A stretch of DNA of 64,000 bases from Amphiscolops sp. MND2022 (lineage: Eukaryota). The translations under genes were made by a program, and so were the position numbers. Position 1 is the first letter of the stretch; the number at the start of each line of letters is the position of its first letter. The DNA is taken from positions 34,970,001 through 35,034,000 of the forward strand of contig OZ076409.1 of assembly GCA_964187785.1 (NCBI GenBank). Direction: 5' to 3'. The notes beneath the pieces are model-generated. The model did no database searches. It saw only the letters and a program-made list of their open reading frames with translations, and had not been told where the DNA came from. Positions 24,999 to 37,098 of the stretch are shown piece after piece.

Positions 24999-25544
24999 TT
25001 TAGTCGGCGTTTTCGAAGAAAATCCCGACTCTTACAGTGGTTAGTTTTTTTTCGTCAGTTCAACGCGATTGGTCCACTTTTTTGTTCATTTGTTCAACAT
25101 AATCAACTTGAACTACGGACGTCCAAAACATACTCGAAACGCCAGAAACTCGTCCAAAACAAAAACATCGACGTCCAGAACCTCGAAAACATAGGTCCCC
25201 CCTTGGTGTTTTTCACTCGAATTTTTTTCGGCACTATGCGACTTTTTTTGAAGTTTTTTGGATTCCACCAAAGGGTCTCCCCTTCGTTTGTTTCGATATT
25301 TTGCAACACAATGGATGTCAAAAAATCCCAAAGGATCTCCCCTTTTACATTTTTCGGCACTGTGACACTGTTCAAAAATCTCATTTTAATTTTTTTTCGG
25401 AAATTTTTCAAAATCTCCCAAGGGTCCCCCTTTAATGTTTTTCATATTTTGCAACCAACTGGAGTTTCACAGAGCCCAAAGGGACCCCCTTTTACTATTT
25501 TGAGCCTTAGATATTGCGCCGACTTTGGCCGTTCCCGGCCTGTT
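24999..25544 (+). mobile_element. DINE-1/HINE-like (Helentron-associated) non-autonomous element
   Basis: 5' TT-AGTCGGCG subterminal repeat with nearby IR CCCGACT; 3' GCGCCGACT followed by stem-loop GGCCG-TTCC-CGGCC and TGTT; internal AAAGGGTCCCCC-type repeats. Related to 57935-58647. Confidence 0.65.
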
Positions 25545-27531
25545 CCTACTTTTTTAAACTAGTCTCATCTCACCAAAGTGGCTTTTCTGATTTTTTCTCA
25601 GTGAGAGAAATAATTTTATGCGCGAAGTTTTTTTGATCCTGTGAGAGTTCCGAATTTTCAGTTTTGAGAAACCCATATAAAATTATAGTTTTTCTTCGGA
25701 TTTTCGGTAAACAAAGCATAATATCGCCATGAGTGGATGGATTAGGTTCTGTCAGTGAAACAAAATTGCAAAACCGGATCTGTGAGACGTGTAAATGTGC
25801 AAAAACTTGCTGTAGATCAGGATTCAGTAGCAAATACAAGTTGTTGAAAATGATATTACAAAGCTCCAAAATTGTTTGCAAAACTGGTTCCGAAGTGATT
25901 TCACAAATTTAATGATATTTGATCGAGCATTTTCTGACTACCTCCAAAATAACTCGGGTTTTCAGCCAATTTAATTTTAGTCCAAATCATTTTTTACAAT
26001 CAGGGGTCCGATTCATTTATTACAGTATGGTATTCTTTAAGTTTCGTTAACACAATGCACAACAATCTTACATTCACACTACATGTTGAACAGCTCGTCA
26101 ATTAAGGTAACTATTTGTTGTATTCTACTGTATCATATAGAAAGGAAAATATTTTATCAAAGTAATCTGATTTGTATTATTTTGTACTTATGTTTTTCAA
26201 CCTCTCGCTTCTTCTGCACTTAGTTGGCAGGTACAATGGAATGATAACAATAGTAGAATCATTAATTTAAACATTCTGAGTTTACAGTTTGTGAGCTGTC
26301 ACGCTTTACCACACTATCGATTCCCCGACTCGAAAAAACAGTGATTCATATGAGTATCCTCTCAGTGGTCCCAGAAAGACACTGACAATGGCGTCCTGCC
26401 TAATTTTCATGCTTCGAGCTCCGAGATGATCTAATAAAGTGACATCTACATGACTAGCTGCAATCTGAAATTGTTCAGTGATTATCTCATTGAGGCCCAT
26501 ACAATTTTCTGAAACAACCAATATCCAAAACATTTCGTTGATAGCATCACCGATGAAACTTTGAACATAATTCATGTGTGGTTAACGGAATCAGCATTAC
26601 AAATATGGTTTTGATAGACCAAATTTTTCCGTCAAAATGCACATCGAATAACAAGGCAGAAGCTAGCGGAGATTGAAAGAAAAACTAGGACAAGCTGTTT
26701 TCAACTGCATTATATTTCGTCTCCGCTGAACCCAGAAGACAATTTGGCTATTTGAAGGTCCCAACCCATCCCTCCTCAACAGTCGTGTTGTTTTTGCTGT
26801 CAAGTATCCAGCTTGTTCGGGTGGTAACTGCATCGGAAAATTGCTTTTAAGAGAAATCTCTGAAATTGAAGAACACTGCAGAAAAGGAAGCAATTCGTGG
26901 AATCCGTTTGTTTGGTTAAAAAAATCTTTGTAAACACCGTGTAAATTGTTAGATTTTTGGTTTTCAGTAGCTTTAACAAACTGTTGAGAATAGCTTCGCT
27001 GCAACTCAATTAATTCCGTAGGTACCTTGCACGAGACAAGAACTGGCTGAGTATCTACATAAATTTATATTAACATCGAAAGAACAGAAGAACAAACTCT
27101 CACTCGAAGACCGTGGGAGTAAGTGTGACGAGGAAATCACGATAATTTACTACTTTGTGATCCATCTTTTCCGGAGTTTTCGCGCTACTCTTCAGCTGTT
27201 TTTAGGGTGTCCTTTCAAGAATGAAAAGAGCAAAGCGGTTTGAACATCAATAAATACGCATCAAATAAATAAGACGATAAATAGACGCGAGCACAATTTC
27301 ACAACCACGAATAATAGAATGTATTATGTGTTAACATTGATAATAGCGGAGAATAGTACGAATCATATTAGAAGGCATATAACACAAGAAATCAATAAGC
27401 AAGGGTTTCAGCAAGTTTTGAATTTTGGTTGTCCGTGAGGATGGGGTGTAATTTCTACAAGATATCGAATGAATCAACGCTCCGCAAATGTTCTCTATCG
27501 GTCTTGGAGTGGATGCAATTTCCTTGAATTG

Positions 27532-27619
27532 TAGGGCCACTTAGCCCGTTCCGGTTGTTCTAGGGTCACTTAGCCCGTTTCGTATATTCTAGGGCAACTT
27601 AACCCGTTCCGTGTGTTCT
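27532..27619 (+). repeat. 29-bp tandem repeat x3 (TAGGGNCACTTAGCCCGTTCCG..TGTTC)
   Basis: Three adjacent similar units are visible. Confidence 0.8.
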
Positions 27620-30600
27620 ATTGCCAATTCGTGCGAAGGGATGGCGATGCAGTAATATACCTGGCTACATCGAATCTTTGTTAGAGACTGAAGGCACAGG
27701 CTCCACAACCATGCTAAGTAAATCTGCAATTTCGACAATCCGGTGACTAATCCGGGATGCTATCTGACGCAGAGCAGAAAACCGTTCTCGGCAGTTTAGT
27801 CACTCAAGTGTTCGTATTTTGTCATCATTCCTTTTCGGGGGCCTGACTAAGTGTTGAGTAATACAGTTTTCCTACCTCAGTACCAAATATTCATTAGAAG
27901 TACATTTTTTCATCGTTCGTCAGTCCTGGATCTATTTTCTTGTCAATCATGACTTGTGGTTTTCCTTCGTGTTCAATAGAATTTAAGGGGAGGTATCACT
28001 GAGTCAATTTTTCCCACTTTTGCAAACACGACTTCAACTTCGGTTCAATGATTGACATTTGCACTTTTTGTCAGGTTTTTTTCCATAGGACCCCTGGCAA
28101 ATCTCTCCAGCAGAATTTTGCTGAAGAAAAGAATTCCCAACAATCTACTATGACCTCAAAGGCAATTTCATTTCACATCTCAAAAAGTCGATTTTCGAGT
28201 TACACTTTGGAAGGCAAAAACAACTAGGCGTTCCAATCACCGGAAGCCAGAACTAAGTACACCATCTGAAAGAACATTTGAATGGCTTCAAAAACGCTCT
28301 CCATTGTTATCTTTCTATTCCGACTCCTTCTACGTAAAAAACGCCCTTAAAGTGAAGTATTCAAAAGCCGTGTCTCGACATTTGCGAAACTTTCAGGTTT
28401 GGAGGGGTAGTACTCCTTCAATTCGAAAAGTACAGCGTGGGGGCTTATATAAATCGCTAGCCAAAAGCCATCAGCAGTATTTTTTTTTACATGAAGTCTC
28501 GATCTTTTCTCAACAAAATTTAGTGGCATTTTATTTGGAAACGGTCATTTTTCAAATTTTGGAGACCTGACCTTCAAATTCAGAGGTCAATATCTCAAAA
28601 GCAGGTCACTTTTCTGCAAAACGCTACTTTTACACGCTGCGCTATACCCTTGTGCGGGTATCCAGAATGTCTTAGCTCGTAATCGCCGAAAACGTGCAGA
28701 AGGGTGGTTATTATTTTTGGTAGGTCGATCTTCCTTGTTTCAAAATGAAATCATATTATTCCATTCTTGGGGATTTTCGCTGGCGCGCCGCACCGCTCTA
28801 TTTACTATTTCTTTCACTCATCCACTTTAGTTGGCATGAACCCTGCAAATGAGGTGGCTATTGTGTGCTTGTAGGTGAAGAACTGTTAAAAAAAGGAAGG
28901 GGGTTTAAGAACGTTTTTGGTTCCCAACCGAAATTTTTAAAAAATAGAGTTCTTGTGCGCATTTTGAGCCTCCAAACGAAATTATTCTAAGATAAATCCA
29001 CTATGCTCGATTTGAGCTCCCGAGTTGATTGGACATTCAAAGTCTTAATGCTCAAAGGTCTAAGTGACTCTTTAGTCAAATTGTTTGCTATTTATCAAGT
29101 TTTGTTTACTTTGCCTTTTCCACTTTTATTCTCAACTTAGTAGCCATAAAAGTGCAATGCGAATTCCCGAAAAATTTTAACCAAAGAGCTCTAAACATGC
29201 ACAAAAGTTCTGCAGTACCAAAAGAGCGTTTTCCAAAATATTGTGTCGCGCAGAATATATGCGCTATATCTGAAAATTTGATGTTATATGCAAATAGAAT
29301 ATAAAATATTCAATTTTCCAAAACATTGTCCCTCTTTTTTTCATAGAAATTAACAGAGCCATACTAAACCCAAAATTGCCACTGCGTGAGCAATGGCATC
29401 AATATCTTATGTGTGTAATCTAAGAAACATAGCCAAACTTAGGCCAAAAAAACCAAAAACGACCGTTTTTGCATTATTTTGATTTTCTCAAATTGTACAC
29501 GCGATTTGACCTAAAACTTTTTGCACTCATTCTACGCCAGACTAGGGCTCTGTGTGGGCAATGACATCAAAATTGTTCGACTGGAATCTGAAAATCAGCC
29601 AAAGTTATTCCGAGAAAGACCAAATAACAAAATAAGTAAGTTCATTTTCAATTTTTAAGTCCGTTTTCGTTTTCTTCACACGCAGTTTTGGTTTGAATGA
29701 GTTTACGGGGACAACGTTAACAACAGAGCAAGTGAGCTATATACAAGTTTTTGTTGTTATACGGGAACTGAACAAACCACACCAGGAAGAATATGTCGGC
29801 AAACGGCTCTCGGAAATGATCAAATCAAATCTGAACAAACAGAAACGGTTTAGGGTTTGAGAACAGTTTTGACTCCCAACCGAGTTTTCCAATAGATGTC
29901 TTGTGCAAGTGCACACCAGCTGCTTGTCTTGGAGTTGGTAGAAACGATCGTTTGTTCGCAGTTCTTTGACTATTTTTCTTGACTTAGCGGCGCAATCCAT
30001 CGTTTGGTAATTATCTGACACTAACCAAAACCATGAAGTAATTGTTCACCCTAAAAACATTTTTTCGTGTCGAGTCAAAGCACTCCCAGCATTCTACCTG
30101 GAACGTTTTGCTCGCTTTGACCATGAAGTTTTTATCCTTCGCTCAAGTATCATAACATCCAAGTTTTCGGCATACCAAAAAAAAACAATCGTGACTTCTG
30201 AAAGACTCAGCGCTTGCAAGTGCAGCACATAAGACCAAAACAGAAGTCTTTAAGGAGTTGCAACTATTTTAAAACTTCTCAAACATCAAAAGTGGATTTG
30301 AAAGAAAACACTGTAGCACAAAAAAGGCATTGTTGCACCTCACCAGTTGACGTCCACAACCAATTATCAACTAGTCCCTTAAGCCTCGTAAAATTGTTCG
30401 ATGGAAGATTTTGAATTATGAATTTTATGATAAGAAATACTTGAAAATTCAAGTTCAATCTTTTACTTTGAAAAGCTTACACATGAAAATTGGAGAAATC
30501 AAATCCTGATTATCGAGGTCAAAAAATTCAGGTAATAGGTTTGAAAACAGGCTACTTTTTCGCTCGAGTTAATTGTTTTAGTTCTACTACAACATCAAAA

Positions 30601-31403
30601 GTTCGGATTTAGCGCATTTGTTTTGCGGTGTACGTCATTTCGGAAAACGCTTTTATGCTACTGGACAAGGTTTGTGCATTTTCACAGCTCTTCGGATATT
30701 TTATTCTAAGATTCCCAAAGCTTTTATATGGCTACTAAGTCGATATCGTTCCGACTCAGAAACGTCAATGTTGGTCTAAAGAAATTTGGCATGGGTGCTT
30801 GCAGTAAACGAAGCTTTGTTGGATAGAGAATCAGGTTGTCCTTTGAGCTTTAGGACTTTGAACGTTTTCGACTTGATGGCCCAAAATGCGCACAAAAGAT
30901 TCATGAAAAAACCGGAGCCAAACCGTTGAAAAAAGGCCAAAACTGTTTCTATTTGAGTCAGATTTGATTTGATAAATCATAAGAGCCGTTTGCTGACACA
31001 TTCTTCTTGGTGTGATTTGTTCAGTTCCCGTATAACAACAAAAGGTTGTGCATAGCGCATTTGCTCTGTTGTATATAAATATTGAAAGTGAATAAATTTA
31101 AATATTGGATATAAAAATTGAAAATGAAATTACCTACTTTGTTGTTTGGTCTTTTTGGAATATGTTTGGCATATTTCAGGTTCCCTTAAAACGATTTTCA
31201 TGTCAATGCCTACATAAGACCCAAAAATGTCGTAGAATGAGTGCAAAATTTTTTTTGGGAAACGCGTGCACAGTTTGAGAAAATCAAAAAAAGTCCCAAT
31301 TGGGTTTTTTGGTTGTTTTGGCCTGATTTCGGCGATGTTTCTCAGAACCCAGCCATATCATGTTGATGTCTTTGCACATATAAAACCACATTAGGGTCGA
31401 AAA

Positions 31404-33978
31404 TGACTAGGTTTGTGCATGTTCACAGCTCTTCGGCTGAGAATGTTCTAAGATTCTCCTAGCAATTTTATGGCTATAAAGTCGATATCAATTCAAATCA
31501 GAAACATCAATTTTGGTCTAAAGAAATCTGGCGTGGGTGCTTGCAGTGTAAACAAAGTCTTGTTGAATAGAGAATCAGTTAGACTTTTGAGCATTAGGAC
31601 TTGAAACGTTTTCGCGTTTTTTTTTGGCCCAAAATACGCTCAAGAAGTCAAATACAAAATTTTCGATTGGAACTAAAACCAATTCATTAACCCCGAAACC
31701 GTTTCTGTTTGAGTCAGATTTGTTTTGATCAATTCCAAGAGCCGTTTGCCGTCAAATTTTCCTGGTGTGATATGATCAGTTCACGTTTAACAACAAATGT
31801 TTGTATATAGCGCAATTGCTCTGTTGTAAACGTTATTCCCGTAAACTCATTCAATCCAAAACAGCGTGTGAAGGAGTCGGAAACGGAAATATTGAAAAAT
31901 TACCTACTTTGTTATTTGGTCTTTCTCGGAAAAAAATTTGGCTGATTTTCAGATTCCAGTCAAACAATTTTGATGTCATAGGACCCAAATTTGGTGTAGA
32001 ATGAGTGCAAAATTTTTTCTCTCAAATCGCGTGTACAGTTTGAGAAAATAAATAAAGTTTCAAAAACGGTCGTTTTTGTTTTTTTGTTTCATTTTGGCTG
32101 TTTCTCAGAACCCAGTCATACGCTTTTGATGCCATTGCTTTTGCAGCAGGAACTGTGAGGGTAAAATAAAAAAATAAAAGACAGTTTTTATGAACTTTGA
32201 TAATGTTATATTCTCGCTCTGTGTGAAATAATTTCAGTTTCGATTTAACAACAAATGTTCAGATGTAGCGCATATGTTCTGCGGCACACATTAATTTGGA
32301 AAAGGCCCGTATGGTACTGCAGAAGGTTTTTGCATGTTCGGAGCTCTTAGGTTGAAATTATTCTAAGATTCTCATTGCACTTTTATGGCTACAAAGTTGA
32401 GGATAAAAGTGGGAAAAATAAATTTAAACAACTCGACATAGGGGACACAATTTGATTAAAAAGTCGCTTTGACCTTTGAGCTTTTGGACTTTGAAAGTCC
32501 GTTCAACTTGGGATCCCAAAACGTGCATAGTGGCTTTATTTTAGAATAATTCCGTTTGGGAGTCCAAAACGTACAAAAGAAGTCTGTTTTAAAACGTTTT
32601 CGGCTGGGAGCCGAAAACGTTCGTCACCCCCTTCCTTTAGTATTGTACCAACTCAACTGCAAGCAGGTGGAAGCCAAGCGCTCCTTGGCTTCCGCCTGCT
32701 TGGAGTTGAGTTGGTACGGTACGGTTGGCACAGAGATTTGGACAGCCTAAGAAGCTAGATTTCAATGAAGAAGTCGCCTTCAATGACGAGATCAATGACT
32801 GACGAAACAATTCCTCGGTGGAGAATTGAATCAAGCCCGAAGCATCCTTGTGAAGACTTTACAAGGCGAACAGCTTTTCTTCGAAAGTCGCAAGAAAGGA
32901 AAGTAGTGTGACCCCAGTAGTTCGATCGCTCGATACATTCCGGACAAGAATGGTCTCTGGCTACAAATATAATCACAGTCAGGCGACACTGCCTGCATGC
33001 TCCCAAGTTTTCGTCCAAATGTTACCGGACCAATTTCTACACGATAAAGCACATGGTTTTAACGGTAATGGTCCCATATTTTGTACTGTATAATTTTGGT
33101 AGAAATCGAATGCTTATTGAAGTATGAGTTTGGGAAGTGGTTGTAAGTTGCTTCTGACGTAGCGTTTTGTACTACAGAGGACACGTTCAGAAAAATTTCT
33201 AGAAACTGTTAAAAGAATTCTTTCAACACTGTTGACCTTAATTAAAATGCACCGTTTGCAAAGTTTGGGGCAACGAATTTTGCATCAGGATTGATAAAAT
33301 TCGTCTCGCGCTCTCGCGCTTACAAAGGAAAGTCGTAGCAAGGAAAACATCTGCTCGGCCACTCTGATGAACTATACATCCACTCCTAATTTCAGTGGAA
33401 ATCCACGCCAGTGTTCAGCCGCTGCGAGGAAAAATTTTGCTAGTCAGTTCTCTCCTCTTTGACTTCTATCAAACATGTCGAACGCAGCGACGGCAACTCA
33501 ATTTTGCAACAGGACAGCCCCGCACTCCCAGCTTTTAGTTTAACCAATGTAAGGTTACAGTGCGATTGCTGTATACCAGTCAGATAAATGTCGTATATAG
33601 TTGCAGGACCACTCAGACCACTGAGCCTAGTTGCTTTGAAATTTGGTTTTCCTTTGGAGCTTTCAAACTTTCAAAACTCAATTTCCAGTTATTTAGCAAG
33701 ACGGTGCAACCTCTTCCTTTGATCATTGTTCAAAACTCAGGCGCCCTGCGCTCATCCGGCAAGAATTCCGAAATCCTCGGCTTATTGCCTTTCACCTGCT
33801 TGTCCTGCAGTTGGTAGAAATGATCGTTTGTTTGCAGTTCTTTGACTATTTTTCTTGGCTTAGTGGTGCAATCGATCTTTTGGTAATTACTTGACACTAA
33901 CCAAAACCATGAAAAAATTGTTCACCCTAAAATCATTCTGTCTTGTCGAGTCAAAGCACTCCCAGCATTCTACCTGGA
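31404..33978 (+). repeat. Copy 1 of a near-identical ~2.57 kb direct duplication
   Basis: Matches 34525-37098 at an offset of ~3120 (identical ORF pairs 31801/34921 and 33560/36680), with only scattered substitutions. Confidence 0.95.
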
Positions 33979-34524
33979 GCGTTTTACTCGCTTTGCCCAT
34001 GAAGTTTTCATCTCTTCGCTCAAGTATCATAGCATCCAAATTTTCGGGAAACCAAAAATAACAATCGTGACTTTTGAAAGTCTCTGTGCTTGCTTGTGCA
34101 GCTTATATGACCAAAACAGAAGACTTCGCGGAGTTGAAATTATTTTAAAATTTTTTACACCTCGAAAATGGTGTTGAAAGAAAACTCTTTAGCACAAAAA
34201 GTCATCGTTGCACCTAACAGTTGAACGTTTACAACCAATATTCAATTACTCCTCCTAAAACCCCCAAAGTGGTTCGCTGTACTATTTTGATTTATAAACT
34301 TTGTGATAAGAAATACTTTGAAATTCAGCTTCAATCTTTTATTTTTAGGGGTTTTACATGAAAATCAGAGAAATATAGTTACTAGTCAAGTGCTGATGAT
34401 CGAGGTTGAAAAACTCAGTTCTTAAATTAGAAAGCAGTTCTACCATAACATCAAAAGTTCAGAGATAGCGCATTTTTCCAGTGTACGTCATTCCGGTAAA
34501 CGCTTCTAAGCTACTGCAGAAGAT

Positions 34525-37098
34525 TGACTAGGTTTATGCATGTTCACAGCTCTTCGGCTGAGAATGTTCTAAGATTCTCCTAGCAATTTTATGGCTATTA
34601 AGTCGATATCAATCCAAATAAGAAACATCAATTTTGGTCTAAAGAAATCTGGCGTGGGTGCTTGCAGTGTAAACAAAGTCTTGTTGAATAGAGAATCAGT
34701 TAGACTTTTGAGCATTAGGACTTGAAACGTTTTCGCGTTTTTTTTGGCCCAAAATACGCTCAAGAAGTCAAATACAAAATTTTCGATTGGAACTAAAACC
34801 AATTCATTAACCCCGAAACCGTTTCTGTTTGAGTCAGATTTGTTTTGATCAATTCCAAGAGCCGTTTGCCGTCAAATTTTCCTGGTGTGATATGATCAGT
34901 TCACGTTTAACAACAAATGTTTGTATATAGCGCAATTGCTCTGTTGTAAACGTTATTCCCGTAAACTCATTCAATCCAAAACAGCGTGTGAAGGAGTCGG
35001 AAACGGAAATATTGAAAAATTACCTACTTTGTTATTTGGTCTTTCTCGGAAAAAAATTTGGCTGATTTTCAGATTCCAGTCAAACAATTTTGATGTCATA
35101 GGACCCAAATTTGGTGTAGAATGAGTGCAAAATTTTTTCTCTCAAATCGCGTGTACAGTTTGAGAAAATAAATAAAGTTTCAAAAACGGTCGTTTTTGTT
35201 TTTTTGTTTCATTTTGGCTGTTTCTCAGAACCCAGTCATACGCTTTTGATGCCATTGCTTTTGCAGCAGGAACTGTGAGGGTAAAATAAAAAAATAAAAG
35301 ACAGTTTTTATGAACTTTGATAATGTTATATTCTCGCTCTGTGTGAAATAATTTCAGTTTCGATTTAACATCAAATGTTCAGATGTAGCGCATATGTTCT
35401 GCGGCACACATTAATTTGGAAAAGGCCCGTATGGTACTGCAGAAGGTTTTTGCATGTTCGGAGCTCTTAGGTTGAAATTATTCTAAGATTCTCATTGCAC
35501 TTTTATGGCTACAAAGTTGAGGATAAAAGTGGGAAAAATAAATTTAAACAACTCGACATAGGGGACACAATTTGATTAAAAAGTCGCTTTGACCTTTGAG
35601 CTTTTGGACTTTGAAAGTCCGTTCAACTTGGGATCCCAAAACGTGCATAGTGGCTTTATTTTAGAATAATTCCGTTTGGGAGTCCAAAACGTACAAAAGA
35701 AGTCTGTTTTAAAACGTTTTCGGCTGGGAGCCGAAAACGTTCGTCACCCCCTTCCTTTAGTATTGTACCAACTCAACTGCAAGCAGGTGAAAGCCAAGCG
35801 CTCCTTGGCTTCCGCCTGCTTGGAGTTGAGTTGGTACGGTACGGTTTGCACAGAGATTTGGACAGCCTAAGAAGCTAGATTTCAATGAAGAAGTCGCCTT
35901 CAATGACGAGATCAATGACTGACGAAACAATTCCTCGGTGGAGAATTGAATCAAGCCCGAAGCATCCTTGTGAAGACTTTACAAGGCGAACAGCTTTTCT
36001 TCGAAAGTCGCAAGAAAGGAAAGTAGTGTGACCCCAGTAGTTCGATCGCTCGATACATTCCGGACAAGAATGGTCTCTGGCTACAAGACTAATCACAGTC
36101 AGGCGACACTGCCTGCATGCTCCCAAGTTTTCGTCCAAATGTTACCGGACCAATTTCTACACGATAAAGCACATGGTTTTAACGGTAATGGTCCCATATT
36201 TTGTACTGTATAATTTTGGTAGAAATCGAATGCTTATTGAAGTATGAGTTTGGGAAGTGGTTGTAAGTTGCTTCTGACGTAGCGTTTTGTACTACAGACG
36301 ACACGTTCAGAAAAATTTCTAGAAACTGTTAAAAGAATTCTTTCAACACTGTTGACCTTAATTAAAATGCACCGTTTGCAAAGTTTGGGGCAACGAATTT
36401 TGCATCAGGATTGATAAAATTCGTCTCGCGCTCTCACGCTTACAAAGGAAAGTCGTAGCAAGGAAAACATCTGCTCGGCCACTCTGATGAACTATACATC
36501 CACTCCTAATTTCAGTGGAAATCCACGCCAGTGTTCAGCCGCTGCGAGGAAAAATTTTGCTAGTCAGTTCTCTCCTCTTTGGCTTCTATCAAACATGTCG
36601 AACGCAGCGACGGCAACTCAATTTTGCAACAGGACAGCCCCGCACTCCCAGCTTTTAGTTTAACCAATGTAAGGTTACAGTGCGATTGCTGTATACCAGT
36701 CAGATAAATGTCGTATATAGTTGCAGGACCACTCAGACCACTGAGCCTAGTTGCTTTGAAATTTGGTTTTCCTTTGGAGCTTTCAAACTTTCAAAACTCA
36801 ATTTCCAGTTATTTAGCAAGACGGTGCAACCTCTTCCTTTGATCATTGTTCAAAACTCAGGCGCCCTGCGCTCATCCGGCAAGAATTCCGAAATCCTCGG
36901 CTTATTGCCTTTCACCTGCTTGTCCTGCAGTTGGTAGAAATGATCGTTTGTTTGCAGTTCTTTGACTATTTTTCTTGGCTTAGTGGTGCAATCGATCTTT
37001 TGGTAATTACTTGACACTAACCAAAACCATGAAAAAATTGTTCACCCTAAAATCATTCTGTCTTGTCGAGTCAAAGCACTCCCAGCATTCTACCTGGA
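34525..37098 (+). repeat. Copy 2 of the ~2.57 kb direct duplication
   Basis: See 31404-33978. Confidence 0.95.

Noticed and set aside
24975..25562. 195-aa ORF, with similar ORFs at 57875-58270 and 63275-63739
   Set aside because: Chance frames through low-complexity HINE repeats.
27532..27619. 29-bp repeats as CRISPR
   Set aside because: Head-to-tail with no spacers and no cas genes.
32795..32855. Three in-frame TGA codons as Sec/Trp recoding
   Set aside because: The segment is also frameshifted, no SECIS is evident, and CGA/TGG->TGA decay is simpler.
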